Below, in pieces: positions 26,279 to 34,769 of a stretch of DNA of 64,000 nucleotides; the first letter of the stretch is position 1; each line of letters opens with the position of its first letter. The DNA comes from Burkholderiales bacterium (GTDB taxonomy: Bacteria; Pseudomonadota; Gammaproteobacteria; Burkholderiales; SG8-41): NCBI GenBank assembly GCA_036555615.1, contig DATBKZ010000048.1:2526-66525 (forward strand), written 5' to 3'. The position numbers and the translations under genes were made by a program. Below the pieces are notes generated by a model. The model was not told the DNA's origin, searched no databases, and was given only the letters and a program-made list of their open reading frames with translations.

Positions 26279-27196
26279 ATGGCGAACAGAATGGTGGAAG
26301 GGAAAGTGGTGGTGGTAACCGGCGCGGGCCGCGGCATTGGCGCTGCCATCGCACAGCTGATGGCAGCTCACGGGGCCAAGGTCGTCGTCAACGACATCGG
26401 CGCCTCGCTCGCGGGGGAAGGCGGTGACCGCTCGCCCGCGGTGGAAGTCGTCGCCGAGATCAAGAAGGCCGGCGGCGAGGCGGTTCCCAGCTTCGACAGT
26501 GTCGCGGAATTCGCCTCCGCCGCGAAGATCATCCAGTGCGCGGTGGACACCTTCGGGCGCATCGACTGCGTAGTCAACAACGCGGGCATCCTGCGCGACG
26601 TCATCTTCCACAAGATGACAGAGGACGACTGGGACTCGGTGGTCAAGGTGATGCTGAAGGGGGCGTTCAACACGTCCCGCCACGCCGCCGATCACTTCCG
26701 CCGGCAGGAAAGCGGCTGTCTCGTGCACATGACCTCGACCTCGGGGCTGGTCGGCGCGATGGGGCAGGTGAACTACGGCGCGGCGAAGCTCGGCATGGTG
26801 GGGCTCTCGAAGAACATCGCGATCGACATGGCGCGCTTCAACGTGCGCTCCAACTGCATCGCCCCCGTTGCCTGGACCCGCATGACGGCTTCGATCCCGG
26901 CAAAGGATCCCGCCTCCACCAAGCGCGTCGAGCAACGCAAGCAGGTCACCGCGGAACACAACGCGCCGCTCGCCGTGTTTCTCGCGAGCGATGCGGCAAA
27001 GGACGTCACCGGACAGGTGTTCTCGGTGCGCAAGAACGAGATCTTCCTGATGAGCCAGTCGCGGCCGCTGCGCGGCGTCCACCGCTCCGAGGGGTGGACG
27101 CCGGAGACCTGCGCCGAGCACATGCTGCCCGCGCTGAGGAGCTGGTTCTTCCCGCTCGACCGCACGGCAGATGTCTTTTCGTGGGACTCTATCTGA
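26279..27196 (+). CDS. SDR-family oxidoreductase (3-hydroxyacyl-CoA dehydrogenase-like, MFE-2 N-domain type)
   Basis: VVVVTGAGRGIGAA cofactor motif and YGAAK catalytic motif. ATG at 26279. Confidence 0.85.
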   Translation: MANRMVEGKVVVVTGAGRGIGAAIAQLMAAHGAKVVVNDIGASLAGEGGDRSPAVEVVAEIKKAGGEAVPSFDSVAEFASAAKIIQCAVDTFGRIDCVVNNAGILRDVIFHKMTEDDWDSVVKVMLKGAFNTSRHAADHFRRQESGCLVHMTSTSGLVGAMGQVNYGAAKLGMVGLSKNIAIDMARFNVRSNCIAPVAWTRMTASIPAKDPASTKRVEQRKQVTAEHNAPLAVFLASDAAKDVTGQVFSVRKNEIFLMSQSRPLRGVHRSEGWTPETCAEHMLPALRSWFFPLDRTADVFSWDSI

Positions 27197-27201
27197 CGAG
27201 G

Positions 27202-27223
27202 TTCCTCCCCCTCGGGGGGAAGG
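27202..27223. repeat. Short GC-rich hairpin (C/G-tract family), imperfect
   Basis: TTCCTCCCCC-TC-GGGGGGAAGG, in the 58-nt spacer between the SDR and crotonase genes. Confidence 0.45.
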
Positions 27224-27254
27224 CCAGAATGGGAGTGGTTCGAGGAACAATTCG

Positions 27255-28025
27255 ATGAACGTTCGATTGGACAAAGATGGGGCGGTCGCGACGCTGACGC
27301 TGGACCGGCCGGAGCGGTTGAACGCGATGGCGGATCCCATGTGGGATGCGTTGCACGCGCACCTGGGCACGATCGCCGCCGACGAGGCCATTCGCGCCGT
27401 GATCCTGACCGGCGCCGGCCGCGCGTTCTGCTCGGGGGGTGACGTTACCGGCATGGCCAAGTCCGACATCGTGTCGGGGCGCGCGCGCTCCCAGCGGCGC
27501 CACCGCGCCGTGCTCGCGCTCTACAACCTGGAGAAGCCGGTCATCGCCGCCGTCCGGGGTGCCGTATACGGCATCGGCAATGCCCTCGCCCTCGCCTGCG
27601 ATCTCGTCATCGCATCGGACACCGCGAAGTTCTCGATGGCGTTCAAACGGGTGGGCATCGTGCCCGACGGCGGCGCGATCTTCTTCCTGACGCAGAACCT
27701 CGGCATCGCTCGCGCAAAAGACCTCGTCTACACGGCCCGCGTCGTCCCTGCCGCCGAGGCGCTCGAGCTCGGGCTCGTGGCCCGCGTCGTGCCCGACGCG
27801 AAGCTCGAAGCGGAGGCGCGCGCGCTGGCGGTCGAGATGGCGGAATCCGCAACCTATGCGCTTGCGCTCGCCAAGAAGATGTTCCATTCGATGTACGTGC
27901 CGACCCTCGAGCAGCTCCTGGAGCTGGAGACGCTCGCCTCGGGCGCCGCGCGGCTCACGCACGATCACCAGGAGGGGGTCGCCGCCTTCAAGGAGAAGCG
28001 CCCGCCCCGATTCCAGGGGAGGTGA
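27255..28025 (+). CDS. Enoyl-CoA hydratase/isomerase (crotonase) family protein
   Basis: ATG at 27255 (MNVRLDKDGAVATLTLDRPERLNAM). Oxyanion-hole segments FCSGGDV and AAVRGAVYGIG. Confidence 0.85.
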   Translation: MNVRLDKDGAVATLTLDRPERLNAMADPMWDALHAHLGTIAADEAIRAVILTGAGRAFCSGGDVTGMAKSDIVSGRARSQRRHRAVLALYNLEKPVIAAVRGAVYGIGNALALACDLVIASDTAKFSMAFKRVGIVPDGGAIFFLTQNLGIARAKDLVYTARVVPAAEALELGLVARVVPDAKLEAEARALAVEMAESATYALALAKKMFHSMYVPTLEQLLELETLASGAARLTHDHQEGVAAFKEKRPPRFQGR

Positions 28026-28029
28026 CGAC

Positions 28030-28644
28030 ATGAAGCTGCACTGGTCGCCGCGTTCGCCATTCGTGCGCAAGGTGATGGTTTTCGCGCACGAAGCCGGGCT
28101 CGCCGCCCGCATTGAAACCGTGCCCACGACGGTCGCCATGACGCAGGCCAACCCGGACCTGTTGCGCGTCAATCCGATCGGCAAGATACCGGCCCTGGTT
28201 ACGGACGACGGCATGGTGCTCTACGACTCCACCGTCATCTGCGAGTACCTCGACAGCCGGCATGCCGGCGCCAAGCTCTTCCCGCAGCAGCCCGAGCGGC
28301 GCTGGCAGGCCCTGCGCTGGCACGCGCTCGCCGACAACATGCTGGACAACCTGATCCTGTGGCGCAACGAGACGCTGCGCCCCAAGGCCCAGCAGTCGCC
28401 CGAGACGATTGCAGCCTGGGAACGCAAGATCCGCTCGGCGCTCTCCGCCCTGGACAAGGACGCGGAGGCGCTCGGCAAGGCCCCCGTCAGCATCGGCCAC
28501 GTCGCCATCGGCGTGGCCTTGGGCTACATCGACTTCCGCTTCCCCGGGTTTGGCTGGCGCGAAGCCAACAAGAAAATTGCGGCGTGGTACGAGACGTTCT
28601 CCCAGCGCCCGTCCATGCGGAATACCCTGCCAGTCGACGCATGA
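28030..28644 (+). CDS. Glutathione S-transferase family protein
   Basis: ATG at 28030. N-terminal thioredoxin-like fold with SPFVRKV and KIPALV...LYDSTVICEYL. Confidence 0.8.
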   Translation: MKLHWSPRSPFVRKVMVFAHEAGLAARIETVPTTVAMTQANPDLLRVNPIGKIPALVTDDGMVLYDSTVICEYLDSRHAGAKLFPQQPERRWQALRWHALADNMLDNLILWRNETLRPKAQQSPETIAAWERKIRSALSALDKDAEALGKAPVSIGHVAIGVALGYIDFRFPGFGWREANKKIAAWYETFSQRPSMRNTLPVDA

Positions 28645-29441
28645 CGGCGGCACCGCCCGTACGTCGCAGCACCATCGACCGGGGAGACGCCCGGATCGAG
28701 GTTCTGGCGCAGGGATCCGGTCCCCCGGTCGTGATGATTCCTTCCCTCGGCCGCCCGGCGGAGGACTTCGACGATCTGTCGCGGCGACTCGCGGAGGCCG
28801 GCTACCGGGCGCTGCGACCCCAGCCTCGCGGCATCGGCGGCAGCACGGGGCCGATGCAGGGGATCACGCTGCACGACTTCGCGCGCGACGTGGCGGCCGT
28901 GATCGAGCACAATGGCGGCGAGCCCGCCGTCGTCGCCGGCCATGCATTCGGCAACTTCGTCGCGCGCACGACGGCGGCAGATTTCCCCGACCTGACAAGA
29001 GCTGTGATCCTGCTCGGCGCGACCCATGTCTGGCCGGTGCCGCCGGAGGTGCGCGCCTCCATCAACAAGACGCACGACATGCGGCTGCCCCAAGAAGAGC
29101 GCATTCGGTGCATGCAGCATGCGTTCTTCGCTCCGGGAAACGACCCGCGCGTCTGGCTCGATGGCTGGCATGAGGAGGTCATGCTCGCGGAGCGTTCGGC
29201 CACCGAAGCGACACCGAAGAACGAATGGTGGCACGCCGGCACCGCGCCCATACTGGACGTGCAGCCGGCGCATGACGTGATGACGCCCCCCGAGAGCCGC
29301 AACCGCTACCGCGACGAGTTCGGCGCCCAGCGCGTGACGACGACCCTGATTCCGCGCGCCGGCCACGCGCTTCTGCCCGAGCAGCCGGAGGCGGTGGCGA
29401 AGGCCGTGCTTGAATACCTCAAGCAACTTCGCCACCGGTAA
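28641..29441 (+). CDS. Alpha/beta-hydrolase-fold protein with Ala at the nucleophile position
   Basis: ATGA overlap with the GST stop. PVVMIPSLG oxyanion region. The nucleophile elbow reads GHAFG (28938-28952) instead of GHSxG. Confidence 0.75.
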   Translation: MTAAPPVRRSTIDRGDARIEVLAQGSGPPVVMIPSLGRPAEDFDDLSRRLAEAGYRALRPQPRGIGGSTGPMQGITLHDFARDVAAVIEHNGGEPAVVAGHAFGNFVARTTAADFPDLTRAVILLGATHVWPVPPEVRASINKTHDMRLPQEERIRCMQHAFFAPGNDPRVWLDGWHEEVMLAERSATEATPKNEWWHAGTAPILDVQPAHDVMTPPESRNRYRDEFGAQRVTTTLIPRAGHALLPEQPEAVAKAVLEYLKQLRHR

Positions 29442-29456
29442 CGAGACGGGAATCTG

Positions 29457-31589
29457 ATGCCTGATCAGGCGACAGCAAGGCCACGGATCGATCTTTCGCG
29501 GTTCCTCAACCCGCGCGGCATCGCCGTCGTCGGTGTCTCCAAGGATCCCGGCCGCATCGGCGGGCAGGCGCTGAGACTGCTCACCGACTTCGGCTACCCG
29601 GGAAGGATCTATCCCGTCAATCCGAAGTACGGCGATATCAAGGGGCTTGCCTGCTATCCCGACCTCTCCGCCGTGCCGCAGCCGTGCGACGTCGCCCTGA
29701 TCGCGCTGTCCGCGCCGAACGTGGCGGGCGCGATCGAGCAATGCGGCCGCGCGGGCATCCCGTTCGCGCTGGTGCTCTCCAGCGGCTTTGCCGAAGTGGG
29801 CGAGGCGGGAAGAGCCCTCCAGGAGAAGCTGGTCGCGGCGGCGCGCGCGGCTGGCGTGCGCATGGTCGGCCCGAACTGCCTCGGCCTCCTCAACCTGCGT
29901 GACAACGCCCGCATCGGCTTCGGCGGCACGGCACAATTGAAGACGCTGAGGCCCGGCCCGATGGCGATGGTCACGCAGAGCGGCGGGTTCGGCTTCGGGG
30001 TGATGGCGGCGGCCGCGCATTACGGCATCGGCTGCAGCTACGCCATCTCCTCCGGCAACGAGGCCGACCTCACGCTGCTTGACTGGGTCGCCGATCTCAT
30101 TGAGCGGCCCGAAGTGGAGATCGTCGTCGCGTTCATGGAAGGCGTGGACGACGGCCGCCGGCTGATCGAAATCGGCGGCCGCGCGCTGGAGCTCGGCAAG
30201 CCGATCCTGGCGTGGAAAGTCGGCAACACCGAAATCGGTGCCCGGGCCGCGACCTCGCACTCCGCGCGCATGACCGCCGGCTACGCGCTCTACCGCGCAG
30301 CGTTCCGACGCGGCGGCCTGGTCGAGATCCGCGACGTGGACGATCTCATCGATATCGCAAAGGCGTTCGCGATTCGCAAGCTCCCCCGCGGCAATCGCGT
30401 CGGCGTGCTGACGCTCTCCGGCGGCGCCGGCGTGCTGCTCGCCGACCGCTGCGTGGAGGAAGGGCTGCAGCTCCCGGCGCTCGCAGAGGCCACAACTCGG
30501 AAGCTGCGGGAGACGCTGGCGGATTTCGCCTCGGTTGGCAATCCGGTGGACGCGACGGCGCACGGCTACAACGACAACTTCGCAGGCTACCGGGCGGCGA
30601 TCGAGCTGGTGCTCGCCGACCCCAATATCGACCAGGTCGTCGCGCGCGTGCCGCGCGGCCGCGCCGCCGGGCCGTGGTCGAAAGCTCTGGTCGACATGCT
30701 GCGCGGCACGGACAAGCCGGTGATCCTCAATTGGCCGACCTCGCCCGACGACAACGGCGAAGTGCTGGCATGGCTGGAGCAGAACAATGTCCCCTGCATC
30801 CTCGGCGCGGGCCGGGCCGTGCATGCGCTCGCCGCCTTGACCGACTTCGCACGGAAGCGCGAGGAGCAGCGCAAGCAAGGCACGCGGCCGTTTGCGCGTG
30901 TGTGCGCCCGGCAGGCGCTCGATCTGCCGGGCGGCGCCGGCACGCTGGGCGAGCGCCGCTCCAAGCAGCTGCTTGCCCGCTACGGCATCCCGGTGGTGAA
31001 CGAGGTGCTGCTTGCGCCGGCGGAAATCGAGGCGCTGACGTCGCCTCCCCTTCCCTTCCCGGTCGCGGTCAAGATCGAGGCGCCCGACCTTCCGCACAAG
31101 ACCGAGGCCGGCGCGGTCCGGCTTGACGTGAAGGATCTATCAGGCCTGAAACAGGCGGCGCGTGAGGTAGTGGCCGCGGCCATGAAGCACGCGCTGGGCG
31201 CGCGCATCGAGGGCGTGCTGGTCCAGGAGATGGCGGCCGGGCTCGAAACCATCGTCGGCGCGGTGAATGACGCGACGTTCGGCCCGACCGTGGCGTTCGG
31301 GTTGGGCGGAATTTTCACGGAGCTGCTCCACGATGTAACCCATGCTTTTGCGCCGTTCGACGCCGAGACCGCGCGCGGAATAGTCGGCGAAATCAGGGGT
31401 GCAGCGCTGCTCAATGGCTACCGCGGCGGCCCCGCGCTCGACGTCGCTGCGCTGGCCGATGTGCTGGCCCGCGTATCGCAGCTCATCGCGGATCATTCCG
31501 ACCGCATCGCAGAAATCGACATCAACCCCCTCTTCGTGCGCGAGACGGGCGTGGTCGCAGCCGATGCGCTGATCGTCCTGAAGGAGTAG
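29457..31589 (+). CDS. ADP-forming acyl-CoA synthetase (acetate--CoA ligase family; CoA-binding + ATP-grasp)
   Basis: 710 aa. N-terminal CoA-binding PRGIAVVGVS and VYPVNP. C-terminal ATP-grasp half. Confidence 0.85.
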   Translation: MPDQATARPRIDLSRFLNPRGIAVVGVSKDPGRIGGQALRLLTDFGYPGRIYPVNPKYGDIKGLACYPDLSAVPQPCDVALIALSAPNVAGAIEQCGRAGIPFALVLSSGFAEVGEAGRALQEKLVAAARAAGVRMVGPNCLGLLNLRDNARIGFGGTAQLKTLRPGPMAMVTQSGGFGFGVMAAAAHYGIGCSYAISSGNEADLTLLDWVADLIERPEVEIVVAFMEGVDDGRRLIEIGGRALELGKPILAWKVGNTEIGARAATSHSARMTAGYALYRAAFRRGGLVEIRDVDDLIDIAKAFAIRKLPRGNRVGVLTLSGGAGVLLADRCVEEGLQLPALAEATTRKLRETLADFASVGNPVDATAHGYNDNFAGYRAAIELVLADPNIDQVVARVPRGRAAGPWSKALVDMLRGTDKPVILNWPTSPDDNGEVLAWLEQNNVPCILGAGRAVHALAALTDFARKREEQRKQGTRPFARVCARQALDLPGGAGTLGERRSKQLLARYGIPVVNEVLLAPAEIEALTSPPLPFPVAVKIEAPDLPHKTEAGAVRLDVKDLSGLKQAAREVVAAAMKHALGARIEGVLVQEMAAGLETIVGAVNDATFGPTVAFGLGGIFTELLHDVTHAFAPFDAETARGIVGEIRGAALLNGYRGGPALDVAALADVLARVSQLIADHSDRIAEIDINPLFVRETGVVAADALIVLKE

Positions 31590-31591
31590 AT

Positions 31592-32650
31592 ATGCCCGCA
31601 TGCACTTCGTCATTCCCGCGAAGGCGGGAATCTGGAGCATTCGCGACAAGCCTGCATCCCCGCCTCCGCGAGGATGACCTGAAGCGCAGCCTGCGCGCGG
31701 CAGTGGTGGGCCTGATGTTGCTGCTACCGGCGGCGGGCTCCCTGTGCGCTCAACCCTATGCTTCGAAGCCGGTGCGGATCATCGTTCCATTTCCGGCCGG
31801 CGGGCCGACCGACATCGTCACGCGCGCCATGGCCCAGAAGATGACCGGATTCCTGGGACAGGCCGTGGTGGTCGAGAACCGCGCCGGCGCGGGCGGCGTG
31901 CTCGGCACCGAGTTCGTCGCCAAAGCCCCCGCTGACGGCCACACCGTTCTGATGGGGACGATCGGCGGCCTCGCGGTGTCGATGAGCCTGCTGCCAACCC
32001 GAGGCTTCGACACGCTGCGCGACTTCGCGCCAATCACCCAGGCCGTGAACGTCACCAACATCCTCGTGATTCATCCCTCCGTGCCCGCCAGGTCCGTCAA
32101 GGAACTGCTCGCCCTGGCGCGGGTGCAGCCGGGGAAGCTCAATTACGCCTCCTCCGGCAACGGCACCGTGACGCACCTGGCCGGTGAGCTGTTGAAGCAC
32201 ATGGGCCGCATCGATATCGTGCACGTGCCGTACAAGGGCGGGGCGCCGGCGCTGACGGCACTGGTGAGCGGCGAGACCGACATGAGCTTCGAGAACGCCC
32301 TGATCATCGTGCCGCAGATCAAAGCGGGCAAGGTCAGGGCCCTCGCGGTCACCGGCGCCAAGCGCTCGCCGTTGCTGCCGGAGCTTCCGACGATCGGCGA
32401 AACGCTGCCCGGCTATGGCGCGAGCGGGTGGTACGGGCTGGTCGCGCCGGTGGCGACGCCGAAGGAAGCGCTGGCGAAGCTCAATGCCGCGGCAGTTCAG
32501 GCGCTGCGCGCGCCCGACGTCGCGGCGCGCCTGTCTGCCCAGGGCGCCGAGCCGGTCGGCAACGCGCCCGCAGAATTCGCCGCATTTATCCGCTCGGAGA
32601 TCGACAAATGGGCGAACCTGGTCAAGGTCGCCAGGATGAAGCCTGAGTGA
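31592..32650 (+). CDS. Bug-family tripartite tricarboxylate transporter substrate-binding protein
   Basis: PVRIIVPFPAGGPTDIVTR signature. Signal-like LMLLLPAAGSLCAQP. The start is uncertain because a REP element (31609-31634) sits just after the ATG at 31592. Confidence 0.8.
   Translation: MPACTSSFPRRRESGAFATSLHPRLREDDLKRSLRAAVVGLMLLLPAAGSLCAQPYASKPVRIIVPFPAGGPTDIVTRAMAQKMTGFLGQAVVVENRAGAGGVLGTEFVAKAPADGHTVLMGTIGGLAVSMSLLPTRGFDTLRDFAPITQAVNVTNILVIHPSVPARSVKELLALARVQPGKLNYASSGNGTVTHLAGELLKHMGRIDIVHVPYKGGAPALTALVSGETDMSFENALIIVPQIKAGKVRALAVTGAKRSPLLPELPTIGETLPGYGASGWYGLVAPVATPKEALAKLNAAAVQALRAPDVAARLSAQGAEPVGNAPAEFAAFIRSEIDKWANLVKVARMKPE
31609..31634. repeat. REP-type palindromic element, copy 3
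   Basis: GTCATTCCCGCGAAGGCGGGAATCTG. Same core as 8243-8268. Confidence 0.8.
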
Positions 32651-33325
32651 TCAGGCGAAAGCCCATGGGTGCAGCGCGTAGATGCCGACGGCCGCCGCCG
32701 CGCCAATGGCAAGGGCGATCCAGGGCAGCTCGCGCCAGATGAGGCGATTGCGGCCGGCGACGATCGCGCCGAATGGCCAGAACGAGGTCTCGGCGAAAAA
32801 CTGCCCGAGCCGCGCCTCCTCGGTCGCGTGCTTGCGCGCATCCTGGTGAGCGGCACCGGCCAGGCTGAACGCCAGCAAGCCGCCGAAGAATACGACGTCG
32901 GTCACGAAGCCGTTGAGCAGCAGGTGGGAGAACGCCCACAGCGCGATTCCCATGAACAACGGGTGACGCGTGATGCGCGTAAGCCCGCGTGCGCCCCACG
33001 CCTGCTTGATGCCTATTAGCGCCGGGCTCGGCTGGAGCACTCCCCCGGCGATCACGGCAATCCCGAGCACCGCAAGCAGCATCGAGAGCGGCCGCACGCC
33101 CGGTGCGGCGGCGAGATTCCAGACCAGGCCGCCGGCATGCCGATTGCCGAGATAGATCCAAACCAATGGAACGAACGTCGCGAAGGCGACGAGTGAATAC
33201 AGTCCGACGAAGGCCTTCTCACCCAGCCGCTCGATCAGCCTGGCGCGTACCGGAACGGATGACAGCACCATGTGGGTGCCGGCGAACATTCCCCACCAGA
33301 ACGCGATCCAGGCAGCAGCGCCCAT
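32651..33325 (-). CDS. NnrU-family membrane protein
   Basis: ATG at 33325 (MGAAAWIAFWWGMF...). RHPLFMGIALWAFSHLLLNG motif. Its stop codon abuts the Bug gene stop (32650/32651). Confidence 0.75.
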   Translation of the reverse strand: MGAAAWIAFWWGMFAGTHMVLSSVPVRARLIERLGEKAFVGLYSLVAFATFVPLVWIYLGNRHAGGLVWNLAAAPGVRPLSMLLAVLGIAVIAGGVLQPSPALIGIKQAWGARGLTRITRHPLFMGIALWAFSHLLLNGFVTDVVFFGGLLAFSLAGAAHQDARKHATEEARLGQFFAETSFWPFGAIVAGRNRLIWRELPWIALAIGAAAAVGIYALHPWAFA

Positions 33326-33343
33326 CCTGCAAGGAGGAAGGAT

Positions 33344-33404
33344 GAAGTCAGAAGGATGGCCCGCGCTTCGCCAGGTCTGCCTTCTGACTTCCGCCTTCTG
33401 ACTT
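33344..33404. repeat. Inverted plus direct 11-12 nt repeat (GAAGTCAGAAGG / CCTTCTGACTTC / CCTTCTGACTT)
   Basis: 33344-33355 is the reverse complement of 33380-33391 (12-bp stem, 24-nt loop). A third, direct copy at 33394-33404 overlaps the GNAT stop codon. Confidence 0.85.
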
Positions 33405-33945
33405 AGGACCTTCCCTCGTCCTTCATCCTCGAGCCGGTATCGCCGCTGGTCACGCTCCGTGGCGGGACCCGCCGGATGTCGCGCGCCATCTTCACCGCCG
33501 TCTCGACGCCGCGGTAGTAGCCCGGAATATAGGAGGTCTCCTTGTAGCCCCGCATGCGATAGAAGGTGCGCGCGGCGAAATTGTTGGAGCGCAGCTCGAG
33601 GTTTATCGTGGCGATGCCGGCCGTGAGCGCCGCCTCCTCCAGCCACGCCATCATCTGCGTGCCGATCCCGCAGCGCTGGTGCGAGGGCTTTACCGCGAGC
33701 AGCGACAGATGCGCGGTGGTGTCGTCGAAATCCATGATCGCGAACCCGACGAGGTGCTGACTGACGTCCGCCGCCAGCACGTTCGTGTCGCGCGCGCGGA
33801 TCGCCTTCGCCACCCGCTCCGGCGGCCAGGTCCAGCCGCGCAGCCCGACCTCGATCAGGTAGCGCGACATCACTGCGATTTCGTAAGCATCTGCGGGGGC
33901 GGCCAATCTGATCTTCGGGGTGGGCATAGGCACAACTATACCCAA
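33403..33945 (-). CDS. GNAT-family N-acetyltransferase
   Basis: Acetyl-CoA motif HQRCGIGTQMMAWLEEAA; NNFAARTFYRMRGY. Start at M1 or M7. Confidence 0.8.
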   Translation of the reverse strand: MGIVVPMPTPKIRLAAPADAYEIAVMSRYLIEVGLRGWTWPPERVAKAIRARDTNVLAADVSQHLVGFAIMDFDDTTAHLSLLAVKPSHQRCGIGTQMMAWLEEAALTAGIATINLELRSNNFAARTFYRMRGYKETSYIPGYYRGVETAVKMARDIRRVPPRSVTSGDTGSRMKDEGRS

Positions 33946-33982
33946 ACACCGAATCAGTGATAAGTGATTACGGGCGATTCCT

Positions 33983-33998
33983 TCCCCCTTGCGGGGGA
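33983..33998. repeat. Short GC-rich hairpin (C/G-tract family)
   Basis: TCCCCC-TTGC-GGGGGA, downstream of msrB. Confidence 0.55.
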
Positions 33999-34030
33999 CA
34001 CACGCGCAACGCTTCCGACCCCCACCTCAA

Positions 34031-34053
34031 TCCTCCCCCTCAAGGGGGGAGGA
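34031..34053. repeat. Short GC-rich hairpin (C/G-tract family)
   Basis: TCCTCCCCC (34031-34039), loop TCAAG, GGGGGAGGA (34045-34053). Perfect 9-bp stem, 18 nt after the msrB stop. Confidence 0.65.
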
Positions 34054-34070
34054 TGTTCACTGTCGCTGCT

Positions 34071-34640
34071 TCATGCCTTTCCGGTTTTCGGGATGAACTT
34101 CAGCGCAACGCCGTTGTTGCACCACCGCTGGCCGGTCGGCTGCGGGCCGTCGTCGAAGACGTGGCCGTGGTGGCCGCCGCAGCGCATGCAGTGATACTCG
34201 GTGCGGGGCAGGAACAGCAGGTAGTCGGTCTTGGTCCCGAACACGCCCGGTATCGTCGTGAAGAAGCTTGGCCAGCCCGTGCCGCTCTCGTACTTCATTG
34301 CCGATGTGAAGAGCGGGAGATCGCACCCGGCGCATGCGAACACGCCTTCGCGCTTCTCCTGGTTGAGCGGGCTGGTGCCCGCGCGTTCCGTTGCTTCCTC
34401 ACGCAACACGGCGTACGCCTCGCGCGGCAGCCGCTTGCGCCACTCGTCCTTGGAGAGCTTCAGCGGCTCGGTCGGGAGCGGCGCCTTGTAGCCCGCGGCC
34501 AGGTACATCTTCCAGTTGTTCTGCAGCTCGCTCACGCCTTTCATGTCCTTGACCCGCGGCTGGGCTGCGTTCCCGCGCCCGACCAGCGTGTTCCACAGTC
34601 CCGCCACCAGGATGCCCTGCAAAAGACCCCTGCGCGTCAT
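34071..34640 (-). CDS. msrB: Peptide-methionine (R)-S-oxide reductase MsrB with twin-arginine signal and N-terminal extension
   Basis: ATG at 34640 gives MTRRGLLQGILVAGL...AAQP. Zn ligands CAGC and CMRCGG. Catalytic RWCNNG. Confidence 0.85.
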   Translation of the reverse strand: MTRRGLLQGILVAGLWNTLVGRGNAAQPRVKDMKGVSELQNNWKMYLAAGYKAPLPTEPLKLSKDEWRKRLPREAYAVLREEATERAGTSPLNQEKREGVFACAGCDLPLFTSAMKYESGTGWPSFFTTIPGVFGTKTDYLLFLPRTEYHCMRCGGHHGHVFDDGPQPTGQRWCNNGVALKFIPKTGKA

Positions 34641-34769
34641 GATATCTCCTTCGCTTGCGCCTGTGACACCGGGAACCTGCATCGATTCCCGAACGCCATC
34701 ATATACGCGGAATCGGCATCCGTGGATGCGGTCGCTTGAGACGGAAACCAGCCTGCCGGAGCGCGGGCA

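Noticed and set aside
27233-27250. GGTTCGAGG resembling a tRNA T-arm
   Set aside because: It lies in a 58-nt spacer, too short for a tRNA, and no acceptor or anticodon stems can be drawn.
28524-31097. 857-aa minus-strand ORF, antisense to the hydrolase and acyl-CoA synthetase genes
   Set aside because: Same reasoning: no domain signature, extreme Arg/Ala/Gly bias, and the opposite strand carries clear motif-bearing genes.
32648-32653. Convergent Bug-receptor and NnrU genes with directly abutting stop codons (TGA|TCA) and no terminator
   Set aside because: This is real, but common in compact high-GC genomes. No further inference is justified.
33342-33401. 19-codon + strand sORF (MKSEGWPALRQVCLLTSAF) behind AAGGAGG
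   Set aside because: It is composed almost entirely of the repeat arms, and I cannot assess conservation. It is more likely a by-product of the hairpin sequence.
33326-33949. N-terminal 208 codons of the 432-aa track ORF (32651..33949)
   Set aside because: It overlaps the GNAT gene in a different frame. NnrU homology starts at the ATG at 33325.
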